The position numbers and the translations under genes were made by a program. Below, piece by piece: positions 12,170 through 23,401 of a stretch of 62,801 nucleotides of DNA (position 1 is the stretch's first letter; each line of letters starts with the position of its first letter). The notes under the pieces were generated by a model that did no database searches, was not told where the DNA came from, and saw only the letters and a list, made by a program, of their open reading frames with translations. This DNA is from Chara braunii (taxonomy: Eukaryota > Plantae > Charophyceae). The stretch lies in contig BFEA01000010.1 in the NCBI GenBank assembly GCA_003427395.1, positions 5,258,040 through 5,320,840 of the forward strand. Reading direction: 5' to 3'.

Positions 12170-15100
12170 TTTGGAACTGTTCTCTTACTTGGATGGTTGA
12201 CCTTTCCTTCCTCTCTTTGAGGTCACTGTAAGGATCAGATCAGGGTCTTTGAAGATGAATTTACGAAGTCTTGACCCTGATACCATGTCATGAACCCTGG
12301 ATCCATCAATCTTTGAAATCTCATAGACTTTGCCTTCTGCTTCTCCTGTGATTCTATAAGGACAAAGTCATCTAGGCTCCAATCGTTTAGACCCCCGAGT
12401 CTCAAGAGAACTATCAAACAGGAGGACAACGTCGTCAACTTTCAGTTTTTCTTTTCTTATATATATTTTCTTGTTCCGTTTCTCTTGATCTGATAATCTG
12501 TTGGATGACATTCTCTCTGCAGCATCCATCACTGCTTGATCAACTTCTAATATTTGTCTCATTCTGATCCGGAGGAGCTCTGGAATAGAATAGTCTCTGT
12601 CACTCTCGTGACTTGACCATGTCTTGACTATGTTCTCAATAGGCAAAGTAGCATACCGACCATACTACAAAGTGAATGGAGCATAGCCAGTAATCCTCTT
12701 GACAGTTATGTTGTCAGCATAAACAGCAACTCTTAATATTTTTAGCCAGTTATTGAGATTTCTTTCACACCATTTGGCCAATGAATCTTTCAAGGTTTTG
12801 TGACCTCTCTCGACTGGCGCATTCGCCTGAGGATGATAGGTAGTTACATATCGAATTATAATACCCAGTCTGAGAGTGGTTCTTCTTACAGTCTCATTTC
12901 TGTTCAAAACAAATTTTACTTTACAATGAAGAAATTCTAGTAGCTTTTAGTTTTTTGGGTTTTATTTTATTTAGTCAAAAAACTTTTGGCGAAACTTTCA
13001 AGGCTACTTTTGAAGCAAGAAGCGAATCTGTTGTTTCGGAATTACAACAACTCGTGAGTTCTCAAGAGGCTCTGCTGTTAGAGTTCTTGAAATAACATGA
13101 ATTACGTAGTATTAGTTTGCGTTCAAGTACGCAAATGATCGGAGAATCATGTATAAATGATATGATTACACGCTGCCCACCAAATTGCAAACAAACCGTG
13201 CAAGCAGTCTTATGTCAACAAATGGAACAAAAGTTGAATTCCGATCCTCTGTCTGAGATAAATTCTCTGATGAAGGGATACCTGAGATAGATTTCCTCTA
13301 TCCAGTCAGCCACTTGCTCGACTGTCTTTCTCCTCAGAGCCTTTGCCTCAACATAGTCTTTCATGTTCAATATGTATCTCATCCCTCCCTTGCCTAAGGG
13401 CATGGTGATGAGATCCAAATAAACTTTGCTGCCCGGTTCTACCAAAATAGTAGGAAATAAAGGTTCAATCATCCTTGTAGTAGACCTCTTCTGACATAAC
13501 ACACATGACTTACAACATCTGTAGATTATGTCCCTCATGTCAGACCAGAAGTAAAGTTTAACTGTCTTAGAGTAGGTTGCTTCAGCAGCTCTATGACCAC
13601 CAGCAACCCCCTCATGTATAACAATTATTATTTCCAGTTGTCTCTCCTTGCCACATACTCTTAGTGGAGGCAGTCCTCCCTTGCGATCCACAAAGAGGTG
13701 GTCTCGCTTAAGTCTGAACTTTTTCCTTAAATTATTGCAATGATATTCCTTCAAGTGCTCTTTCTCCATTTTCTTTCTAATCCCTTGGTAAATTTCATCG
13801 TACTCTTCAAAGATGAATGATATTTCTTCCTCTTTCTTTTCACCTTCTTCTTCTTCTTTCTTTGAGCCTGAACTTTCTTCTGTTTCAAGGGCTGCTACGA
13901 CCGCAACATTAATCTTTGCATACCAGTCATTCTGTTCTTCCTCTTCCTTCTTTTTGAGAATTGATTCATAGACATAAGCACCAGGGATTTCTCCCCAGCA
14001 GTCTCTTTCTTCAGGCCATACACTCCACTTATAGCCTTATAGGAGCTTGGTACTTCATAATCTTCATCATCTTTCTCATCTAGAAAATTATCAACATAAG
14101 AAGATTCTTCAATAGTTCTTTTAATATTTTTTTCTTCTTCATCTTTCCTCCATTCGATTTGACTTAGGCCATCTGCCCTGTTCTTCTCAGTTGGAATCTT
14201 TTCCAAGACAAAATCAAAAGTTCAAATGAAGGTTATCCATCTTCTCACTGTTGGATCTACTTGTTGGTGTTTCTTAATTGCAGCAATCAGATGCATCAGT
14301 TCTCAAAGTAAATCTCCTTCCAAGGACGTAGTGTCTGAAGCATCTGAGACAATGGATAATAACCAGTAGCTCTTTCCTGAACTGGGTGTAGCCTCTTTCT
14401 GTGGAGTTGAGAGTCCTGCTCTCAAACCTCAAAGGTATTTCCCTACTATTCTCATCTTTCTGTATGAGTACACCCCTAAGAGCTACTGGTCCTCCATCTG
14501 CCTCAATGATGAAGGGTCTTCCTTCTTCATCGTCATAGTAGGGCACTCCTAACACAACACCACCATCTTTTAATTTTTCTTGTAGGGTCTCTGCAGCAGT
14601 CTGCCTTTTCTCAGTCGAAGATAAATCATCTCCTTGTCTCACCATTTCTCTCAGAGGCTCTGCAAGAGTAACAAAATGAGGTATGAAAATCCTTTAGAAC
14701 CCACAGACACCCAAGAAGCTCATGACATCTGTCACCCGCTTGAGGGGCAGAGGCCAGTTCAAAATTTTGTCTATTGTCTTGGGGTCTGGGCTCCTACCAT
14801 TGGAGAAACATCCGAAACCCAGAATGGTGATCTCTGCTTGGAAGAGAAGCGACTTTGGTCCACAGGCAGTCAGATTATACTTTTGAAGTCTCTCTAGGAC
14901 TAGCTTCACACCTTCAACATGCTTTCAGACAAACTTCATGACACCATCCCTAACCAAAGCCTCATCTCTTATCATAGGTCCTTTCACAAGATTATCATCG
15001 ATATAGAGACTGGTTATCTCATGTGAGATATCCTACATGACTTTGATCATATCCCTTTGAACCACTGCCACACCATTAGTCCAACCTTGAGGCATCACGC

Positions 15101-16210
15101 ACATCTGAATGAGGCTCATTGGCGTGTGCATGACAGTTATTGGTCGGCTAGTGGGTTCAATGAGAAACTGATCATAGCCAGAATATAAATCAATTAAAGA
15201 ATAAATGCATCGACCAGCAAAAGATTCAGAAACGAGATCAGCATTAGGGAGGCTACCTGCATCACGTACCGTTACTGAGTTGAGCTTCTGAAGATTCTGT
15301 ATCCATCTTAATCCACCCCCTGGTTTCCAAAAGCAAAACCAGTGGTTAGCATACGGTCCATCAGGAGGTTCAGCAACATTAGATGCAATCTTCTTGTCAA
15401 GGTACTTTACCACTTCTGCCTCTTCTTTCAGGGCATACTTGGTTGGTCTGTCATTCCATGTGATGTGATCAAATGTCCAAATTTTTGTCATCTTAATCAT
15501 ATCCACATCCAACCACCTTCTTTCTTTATCATTAAAAGAGAATGCACCATCGAACTCTTGACACACCTTGAAGATATATTCCTTCTATTTAGGCAGAATA
15601 AATTGATCAGAGCCTATCTTCATCGTGTCAAACTTTTTCCTGGTGACTCTATTCCCAAATTTTGCAGACTCCCTTAATGCTTTGACAATTCTTCTTTCCT
15701 TTTCCAATGCCTCGTCATAATCCTTTTCTACCAGGACTGCCACTGGGGTCTTGTTCACCCCTTTGCATGATTAATGTAGATCGTTAAATAACCACAACCC
15801 ATGGTTGCAAATTTCATCTTGCATCCAGACAAGATCCTGTTAACCCGACTAGGAAAAACCGATCCCAAGTAATTAACTTTCATTCTCTTCTTCTCAATTA
15901 ATTTCTTCAATTTCTCTCTCAACTTGGGTGTTAGTGTCATTGCCTTCTTGAAGGACAATGCCCCCTCTGTTTCCTCCAACATCTTAGTAATTACATCAGT
16001 AATTACAGTTTCATCCTCTAATTCACTCTTGAGTAAAAACTTTTTCTTCTTCCCTTGCTCATTTCTCTTTGTTAAGGGTTCGGGTTTTTTGTCATCAAGG
16101 ATTTCAATCAGAGCCTCCTCGGCCTTCCTTCTTTTCTTTTCCTCTATCATTTGAGGGGTTAAATGTGCATGAACATTCCTCACTTCCCCAATCACCGAGT
16201 CCCGTTCCAT
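12170..16210 (-). pseudogene. pol: RT, RNase H, integrase; many stops and frameshifts; protease apparently deleted
   Basis: DLYSGYDQ, MPQGWTNG, YIDD (~15000); EADGGPVAL..KELL..RTD; HHCC zinc finger; SDRGSEF, YHPQANAPVER; LGPY motif. No D(S/T)G found between 15755 and RT. Confidence 0.93.
12903..13236 (+). pseudogene. atp4: Mitochondrial atp4 fragment inserted in the integrase core
   Basis: [38 protein letters not shown]; its removal restores SDRGSEFRNETVRR in frame. Confidence 0.85.
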
Positions 16211-16216
16211 AACAAG

Positions 16217-17596
16217 TTATGGTGGTAAGTCACCTTCAAATGAAATCATGTTAGCCGAATAAGTAGACTTGTTAGGAGAAAGTACTGCCAACTGAGAGAA
16301 AATTTGAGGAGTCAAATACTCTCCTAACGAAGGCACAACTGGAATAATTTCATCAGTCACGTCCTCCACCAAAGAGAAAGACTGTAGAGGCAACTCAATC
16401 AATGTAAATGAATCATCAGGTTCTTGTACGAGTTCCTTAGGCAGTTCGCCTACGAATGTATGTACATTCACATTAGCCTTTCTTTTCTTCTTTTTCTTCA
16501 TATTTTCATCATGCTTAAGGACAAGAATTCGCATACCTCCAGTATGTTTGGGATCTAATTTGTTCCATGAACTGTCACAAACATGTTCTATTGCATCCTT
16601 CTTTGTCACCCCACTCTTCACATCTTCTTCCAGTGGCTTACAGTAAGTGGTAGTATGACCTCCTTCACCACAATAATAGCAGACAAATTTCTTCTTTTGT
16701 CGCTCGTCGTACTTTCTTCCCTTTCTGTTCTCTTTTTCACCATTCCCTCCATTATTCCTGGATCTGGAGGAATCCCCTCTTTTACCATAGTCGTCATCAT
16801 CGTCATCATCCTCATTAGCATCACTTTCTGTCTTTTTCTTTCCTTTCTCATCCACAACATGATTGGCAGGCATATAGTTGGTCATAACCCTTTGAATAAT
16901 ATTCTCAACATTCAGATTATTTCCTCTGCATAGATCATTCTCTGTCTCCCAGTCCTTAGCCAACGTACTGATCTGATCCAGTGACCACTTCTTGTGAGAG
17001 ACCATAGGCAAGGTTCTGGCAATTGCAACCATTTCATCCCATCTGAGAGGGTAATGTTGAGCCTGATTGAGGACTGCCTGCCTTTCAGTGTCTGTGAAAT
17101 TAGTCAGAAATATATGGCATATCTGGGCTTCATCCAAATATGACATTCTTCTTGCTGTTCGGATAAAATTCTTGAGAAAAACATTGAAAGTGTCATACTT
17201 AGCTCTTCTGATGTTGAGTAAATCCTTGGCTGTAGTTGGAACCGAGTCTTTCTCAAATTCTCTTTTTATTCTTTCCTTGATCTCTTCCCATGTAGTGGCC
17301 CCTTCCATCAACTCTAGAACAACCAACGTCAATTCAGTGTCACAGTAAAACAAAAGGTGCTTAAGTCATTGTTTGTCTATCCAACCATAACTGAGCCCAA
17401 ATAATTCTTATTCATCCAATAAATCATTCACTTGAGACCCTCTGAAACATGCAATCCTCGCATCTGGTCTCTGTGCTCTTGCAATATAAGATCCTCATTT
17501 TCTGGTGTCAACTCTTTCTACTAGTTCCCGTATGACACGTACCAGAGCCTCCTCATTAGTCCCTGCAGAAGAACCCGGTCTCCCTCGTCCCGCCAT
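16217..17596 (-). pseudogene. gag with CCHC zinc knuckle; stops in the N-terminal part
   Basis: CYYCGEGGHTTTYC; frame extends through stops to an ATG at 17596 (MAGRGRPG...). Confidence 0.88.
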
Positions 17597-17665
17597 CTTG
17601 ACCATAGACTCTCCTTGATACTCTTTCCTCTCTCTGTCACTTTCGTCCTCCCTTTCTCTTATTTT

Positions 17666-17932
17666 TCAATCTCTCACCCTTCTTGCTAGAGATACAGGTT
17701 CATTACTTTCTTCCCTTGTTTGTTGTATTCCTTAAGAATTTCGCATATAGAGCGTATAGGCAATAATAGACTGGGTAGTGATCAGGGGCAACGCAACCCT
17801 TCTCAGTCTTCCAATACAGTCCTCAATCAACTCTCTTTCAACATCCTTGCTCAGTCTTCTGTTATACCCTCTCACAGTTCCCCGAATCATAAAATATCGA
17901 GTCAAGTCTATAATCTCATAATCAAATTGCAT
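17666..17932 (-). pseudogene. Accessory ORF F (family 2), one internal stop
   Basis: ...RRVALPLITTQSIIAYTLYMRNS*GIQQTREESNEPVSLARRVRD. Confidence 0.62.
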
Positions 17933-17935
17933 AGC

Positions 17936-18226
17936 TTATGATCTGGTGTTAATCCTTCTAGCAAGAGAGACTCGTTCCTTGAAAGAGTGATATGATATTC
18001 TCTCAGGAGCTCCCTCTTTTACTACCTTCAATAGGTAGCTAATCTCAATCTGGTCAGTCACAACTCTCAACGCAGAGTCTCTCATACAATCAAGGAAGGG
18101 TTATAAGAACTCAATCTCATTCAAGGTAGAGAGGTTTCTGTCAGGAATCCGAAGAGTCCATTCTGTCTTGACTATTCTTCCTTCCAGCATAATCCCAAAT
18201 GTTAGCTGTTCAACCAAGCTGGGCAT
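17936..18226 (-). pseudogene. Accessory ORF E (family 2), one internal stop
   Basis: Manual translation: MPSLVEQ...EFL*PFLDCMRDSALRVVTDQIEISYLLKV...ERVSLARRINTRS. Confidence 0.62.
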
Positions 18227-18228
18227 TG

Positions 18229-18723
18229 TTAACCATCATAGGCAACATCTGAAAGATAGATCTCAGGTTGGACATAATCAGGGATCTCGAACCTGTGTTC
18301 AAAGATACTCAGAAGCAGAGATTTTATCAACACAATAGAGTCTTCCTCTCTGGCTCTACCTACCTCAGCAATAGTCTCCAGCAGAGGCATCCAATCTCTC
18401 CTGTCTTCAAATCCATCAACAATTGAGAACTCAGGGAGCCTCTCAAATTCTCTTACTCCCACTCCCCATGTCACTTTTCTTCTTAACTTTTCTATCGACT
18501 CTTTTGTTCGTTAGACACCAATATACGCCCTTTTTAAATACTCAAAATAGTTAGTTTCCTCCTCTAGACAGGCTAGAGAATAAACTCTCACGTCCAGACT
18601 GTCAGAGTTCATGAATTTAACCACTGGAACATGAAACGTTATATGTCCTCTCCCGCGAGTCTCATGCCTTAGGATTACAAAGGGATTATCATACCCTGTC
18701 ACCTCATAAAGTTTGCCCCTCAT
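18229..18723 (-). pseudogene. Accessory ORF D (family 1), one internal stop at 18511
   Basis: KFMNSDSLDVRVY...GV*RTKESIEKLRRKVTWG...DWMPLL, all in one frame. Confidence 0.68.
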
Positions 18724-18737
18724 AGTAGTTATCCTCG

Positions 18738-19232
18738 CTACTGAGAGTATTCTTCTTGGACCCTCTTCACTTTCCATACAAAATCTACCATGACTGACCA
18801 ATTATCCTTGGAAAACATAAGTCCCTCGATTAGTGGTGATGGTATCCCCAAAAAGGGTCTGACATATGTGCTCCAAAAAAAATTATTTCCTTCTCGTTCA
18901 AGTCTTATCTTTTCGTCATGCACTACGTCTGAAGCCCTTTGCCAACATCGACCTTTTCTACCCTCTTCAAACCTATGTTGTGGTACGTAGATCCTAACAT
19001 CAAACTCATCAATGTTGATAAAATAGCAAGTGAGAACATACATGCCATCAAGTTCCCACTCCTGATTTTTCAGGGCTTCATACCTCACAATCTCATAGGG
19101 AATCACAACTCTCCTCGTTATAGAATTAAGGGAATCAAGCAGTTTATCATAACCCTCTCTACTCAGTTTTCTATACCATCTCTCCGACATAAACCAGGAT
19201 TTCACCTTTAGAGGTACATATAACTGACTCAT
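18738..19232 (-). CDS. Accessory ORF C (family 1)
   Basis: LNSITRRVVIPYEIVRY..LTCYF..DVRIYVP..RCW..EKIRLEREG..NW; clear paralog of ORF B. Confidence 0.75.
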   Translation of the reverse strand: MSQLYVPLKVKSWFMSERWYRKLSREGYDKLLDSLNSITRRVVIPYEIVRYEALKNQEWELDGMYVLTCYFINIDEFDVRIYVPQHRFEEGRKGRCWQRASDVVHDEKIRLEREGNNFFWSTYVRPFLGIPSPLIEGLMFSKDNWSVMVDFVWKVKRVQEEYSQ

Positions 19233-19240
19233 TTGCGCTC

Positions 19241-19720
19241 TCAACCTCTTCCTCTCATCTTCAATGCAAGTTTGATCACGGCCGCCCAATTGTTCCTTGA
19301 CAGACTGTTACCAGGTAAAGGAGGAGTTGGGAACCCTTCAAAGACTGCAAACCGAGTAGACCCAATAAAACTCTTATTCTCCCTCTCAAGCCTTTTTTTT
19401 TCTCTCAACACAACCTCTTCAGCGAATCCCCAACATCTCTCATACATAGCCTCAGCACTTCTCTCTTTAGGGACATAGATCCTCACATCATAGGTATCCA
19501 GATCGGTAAAGTAGAATGTCAGAATGCAGAGTCGTTCCTGTTCCCATCCGCTCTCGACCATGTTATACTTGACGACCTCATACAGGAACACTTCTTTCTT
19601 ACTTAGAGCATTCAACGGTTTTATGAGTCTTTCAACCTTTTCATTGCTCGGACTTGAACCTCTGCCAAATTCTGACCTTCGCTGTTCGATTTCCTCTGCC
19701 GAGATTTCCTTCGTTTTCAT
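19241..19720 (-). CDS. Accessory ORF B (family 1), 159 aa
   Basis: LNALSKKEVFLYEVVKY..LTFYF..DVRIYVP..RCW..EKKRLEREN..PTPPLP..NW. Confidence 0.75.
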   Translation of the reverse strand: MKTKEISAEEIEQRRSEFGRGSSPSNEKVERLIKPLNALSKKEVFLYEVVKYNMVESGWEQERLCILTFYFTDLDTYDVRIYVPKERSAEAMYERCWGFAEEVVLREKKRLERENKSFIGSTRFAVFEGFPTPPLPGNSLSRNNWAAVIKLALKMRGRG

Positions 19721-19730
19721 GACAATACAT

Positions 19731-21493
19731 CTATTTCTCCCACTTTAGTACCATGTTGATGATTGGTAACCAGTCGTTCCCGTCATAATAGTTGTTAGGA
19801 ATATGAGGAATAGAAATTGTCTCATACGTTACATGCATTAATCCCCATTTCACTCTCTTCTTCTGTTTGATTAGGTCTGCCTTCTCATCATAAAGAGATT
19901 GGATCGCAATTCCCCATAACCTGTGTGTCTATTCAATGGGCAACGGGAAAGTTTCAACTCCGTTGTACCCATTGAATAGCCCCCGGGGCCCTGTTGAATT
20001 CCCGTTGAATAGTACAACGGGCCCCCCGTTGAATATTGTTCAACGGGGAGGGTGCATTGGGCCTCGGACACGACGTTGGACGCACGTGAACCAAAAAAAA
20101 ATCATCCTGTTGAATCCCCGTTGAATCCCCGTTGAATCCCCGTTGAATCCCGTTGAATCCCGTTGAATCCCCGTTGAATCCCGTCGAATCACCGTTGAAT
20201 CCCATTGAAAAAAAGAAAAAAAGGACGTCGTCCAAAAATTCCGGAAAAAAACTATGTTATGCAGAAAAATAAACTGAACAACGTTTGCCCCAGGGTCACA
20301 TCAAAACTCTTCACCAAAATTAAAANNNNNNNNNNNNNNNNNNNNNNNNNNNNNNNNNNNNNNNNNNNNNNNNNNNNNNNNNNNNNNNNNNNNNNNNNNN
20401 NNNNNNNNNNNNNNNNNNNNNNNNNNNNNNNNNNNNNNNNNNNNNNNNNNNNNNNNNNNNNNNNNNNNNNNNNNNNNNNNNNNNNNNNNNNNNNNNNNNN
20501 NNNNNNNNNNNNNNNNNNNNNNNNNNNNNNNNNNNNNNNNNNNNNNNNNNNNNNNNNNNNNNNNNNNNNNNNNNNNNNNNNNNNNNNNNNNNNNNNNNNN
20601 NNNNNNNNNNNNNNNNNNNNNNNNNNNNNNNNNNNNNNNNNNNNNNNNNNNNNNNNNNNNNNNNNNNNNNNNNNNNNNNNNNNNNNNNNNNNNNNNNNNN
20701 NNNNNNNNNNNNNNNNNNNNNNNNNNNNNNNNNNNNNNNNNNNNNNNNNNNNNNNNNNNNNNNNNNNNNNNNNNNNNNNNNNNNNNNNNNNNNNNNNNNN
20801 NNNNNNNNNNNNNNNNNNNNNNNNNNNNNNNNNNNNNNNNNNNNNNNNNNNNNNNNNNNNNNNNNNNNNNNNNNNNNNNNNNNNNNNNNNNNNNNNNNNN
20901 NNNNNNNNNNNNNNNNNNNNNNNNNNNNNNAATCTATCTGTTTTGAGTCTGGTTTTGTTTTTGATTTTTTAAAAATAAGTTTAATGCTAAAAAAATAAAA
21001 ATAAAAATATCAGGATGTAGAAAGCAAAAACATATACACCCCCATATTTTTTATTTTTTTTTCCACTTATGTTTTGCATGCAAAAAAAAAAATCCGCGGG
21101 CCGAGTTGTACCTCGTTCAACTCGGTTCAACGTGGAGTTGAAATGGGAGTTGAACGGGAGTTGAACCGTTCAACTCAAAACCCCTGTTGAATCCGATTTT
21201 GGACACATATCCCATAACTAGTTAACGGCTTCACCGTCGTCACAGTCTCCCTTATTGATATAAGGATGGATATCATAGATATCCTCCTCCAAGAAGCAAG
21301 CCAATACTGCACTGATGGCCGAATTGCCAGAACGGTAGACCCAACAATGTTCATACTGATAAGGTGATATTCCTTTAATAGTTACTTTCGATAGTTCTTT
21401 TAATGCATTAGTAGTTAGCCTTCTTGATAAAGTCTCTGATCTCTTGACCTTTTATTTTCCCTTCTTAGTGTTCCAAAGACATAATAGGCTCAT
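19731..21493 (-). pseudogene. Accessory ORF A (family 1), split by the 19921-21210 insertion, two stops
   Basis: Excising the insertion and one TSD copy joins PYQYEHCW..DIHPYINKG..AVN*LW to GIAIQSLYDEKADL..KRVKWG..IPHIPNN..NDWLPII in frame. Confidence 0.72.
19921..21210. mobile_element. hAT-like DNA element, no transposase seen (contains an N gap)
   Basis: Perfect 8-bp TSD CCCATAAC (19913-19920, 21211-21218); degenerate TIR CTGTGTGTC / GACACATAT; dense subterminal GTTGAA/TTCAAC repeats. Confidence 0.8.
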
Positions 21494-21745
21494 GAGGCAT
21501 ACCTAAGATCAAGCCTGATTCTCTTCAACTGTAGTATCAATCTCCTTCTTCGATCCAATGTGGTACCCCACACAAGGAAACATAAGATTCAGTTAGCAAT
21601 TAGGTTTTCCAAGAGAATAATGACTCAAGAAAGATTGCAAAATCAGTTTGAAAAATTCAGGAATTGTCAACAGTTCTCAAGGCCTAATCAAAGCTCAAAA
21701 CTATTTGCAGACCCAGGTTCGTTCCGGACACGAAAAATTTTCATG

Positions 21746-21763
21746 TCCCCGGCAACGGCGTTA
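21746..21763 (-). promoter_or_regulatory. Primer binding site complementary to the tRNA-Asp(GUC) 3' end
   Basis: Plus strand TCCCCGGCAACGGCGTTA vs plant tRNA-Asp end TCCCCGGCAACGGCGCCA (two C>T changes); 4 nt from the 5' LTR. Confidence 0.88.
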
Positions 21764-22252
21764 TTTTTGTCGCACTTTTTTTAGTCGGGCCCCTTCGGGC
21801 GACCAGAAAGTCAACAGGCTGTCACGCAGGATTTAATTGATATTTGCAATACATAAAATAAATTAAATAAAACAAATACCTTCCTGTTGTGTGCGTCCGG
21901 CTACGAGCGAGATCCTTCAATTGCGGTCTTCGCCGATCCCCGGTCTTAGGAATCTTTAATTGTGATTAGGAACAGCAATGATGATGCAAATAATAAAATC
22001 AAATTAAATATGCTATGTGTGTATCAAGATGCCAATTCAGAGGATTGAGAAATGCGACATAATCAGCAAGGAAATACAATCACCAGACAATGCCAGAAAA
22101 GAAAATCAAGGTTGGCTGACTCAAGGTAAGGACAAGGTGAATGAGGGAAGAATGAGAACTCGTAATAGTCTCAGAAAGTATACATGAAAGAGAGCATGGT
22201 CAACACTAATCTCGAGTCCTCACTCATCCCTCTGGGTCACACTCACAATCTC

Positions 22253-22909
22253 TCATTTGGTTGTTTGTTCCTTGTGCTTTCGACCATGTCTCCGTACTCT
22301 CTGAGGTTGTGGTATCTGTATGTAGAGCCACCTGAAGCCTTCAAGCTCAGAACACTTCCATCCAAGTTCTATGATACGGAAATCAACCGTAGCACAAAAC
22401 TCCTCCCATAGTGTGGGAAGATATGGTTGAGAGAAAATCCCTCGTCTGAGATGCGGGAACTCGGACGGCTCTGTTACTACCTCGTAATCAATCACTGCTG
22501 GAGAGATATACCTCTTGGCCAGATCAATTAGGTCACCCCAGTGAGAACCGTCTATCAGAGTAAACGGTATCGGAGGTCTGGGATAGTCTGAGTACAGCTT
22601 TGGTCCGAAGCTGGGAATCAGCTTAGTACCCCCCTCATCAAGCTCCTTTTCTCTCTCCTCAAGATACATGACTGCCACAGTCCAGACTGAGTCAAAGTGC
22701 TCATGAGTCTCCTTCCCCCTCTTTACATAGGGTCTCAAGTCATGAACGGTGCCACCGACGAAACTGGTGAGGATGACGAAGATTGACAGATCTCCCTTCT
22801 TGAAACTGACTGCACTGACATATTGGTATTGGACAGCGTCTTTGAGTGCGATCTGGTTTAGATTGGCCAATACTGACCCAATGACTGTAAATGACTGAAT
22901 TGTACTCAT
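22253..22909 (-). CDS. 5' LTR copy of the family 1 accessory protein (218 aa)
   Basis: Counterpart of 595-1203; 16 aa longer because the other copy has CAG>TAG. Confidence 0.7.
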   Translation of the reverse strand: MSTIQSFTVIGSVLANLNQIALKDAVQYQYVSAVSFKKGDLSIFVILTSFVGGTVHDLRPYVKRGKETHEHFDSVWTVAVMYLEEREKELDEGGTKLIPSFGPKLYSDYPRPPIPFTLIDGSHWGDLIDLAKRYISPAVIDYEVVTEPSEFPHLRRGIFSQPYLPTLWEEFCATVDFRIIELGWKCSELEGFRWLYIQIPQPQRVRRHGRKHKEQTTK

Positions 22910-23146
22910 GTATGATAACTACTGCCCCTTTGACCTTCTCAGGTTCACTAGACTGTCTCAGTGATCGTGACTGAGTTGATTGCAGCTCGCGTTCTGATAG
23001 TGTACTGTGTTTCTGATTAAAGCCAGCTCATCCTCAAATCCCTAATGATAAGACGTAGCTTGTCCCACGACTATCTCACTCATCTCTCCTAGCTTACTTT
23101 TACCGATCGTTTATAGGTTCCTTTTGAAGTGCGTGACCAGATTCCT

Positions 23147-23401
23147 TCACTGTTCATCATCAATAACCCTTCTTGCCTGCTCAACTAACCCTGCGACTAA
23201 GAGGGTGCTCTGTAATTCCTTATCTGATCCATGGATGTAGAAGGTGTACTCAACAAATTCCTGGTCCTTCACTAGCACTAAAGCCTGTTCCATCATAAGT
23301 TTTAAGTAGTAATGGTGGTCTCGGGCCACACTTTCTTCCCAGCCTTCGGTCACATCGTGGTGCGGAGTGCAAGTCACCCTCAATACGTCCTCACCCCCCA
23401 T
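23147..23401 (-). CDS. 5' LTR copy of the family 2 accessory protein (84 aa)
   Basis: Counterpart of 1441-1695. Confidence 0.62.
   Translation of the reverse strand: MGGEDVLRVTCTPHHDVTEGWEESVARDHHYYLKLMMEQALVLVKDQEFVEYTFYIHGSDKELQSTLLVAGLVEQARRVIDDEQ

Noticed and set aside
20205-20972. Long ORFs containing X runs (also 28258-29477, 30647-31267, 60154-60630)
   Set aside because: Artefacts of translating through N gaps.
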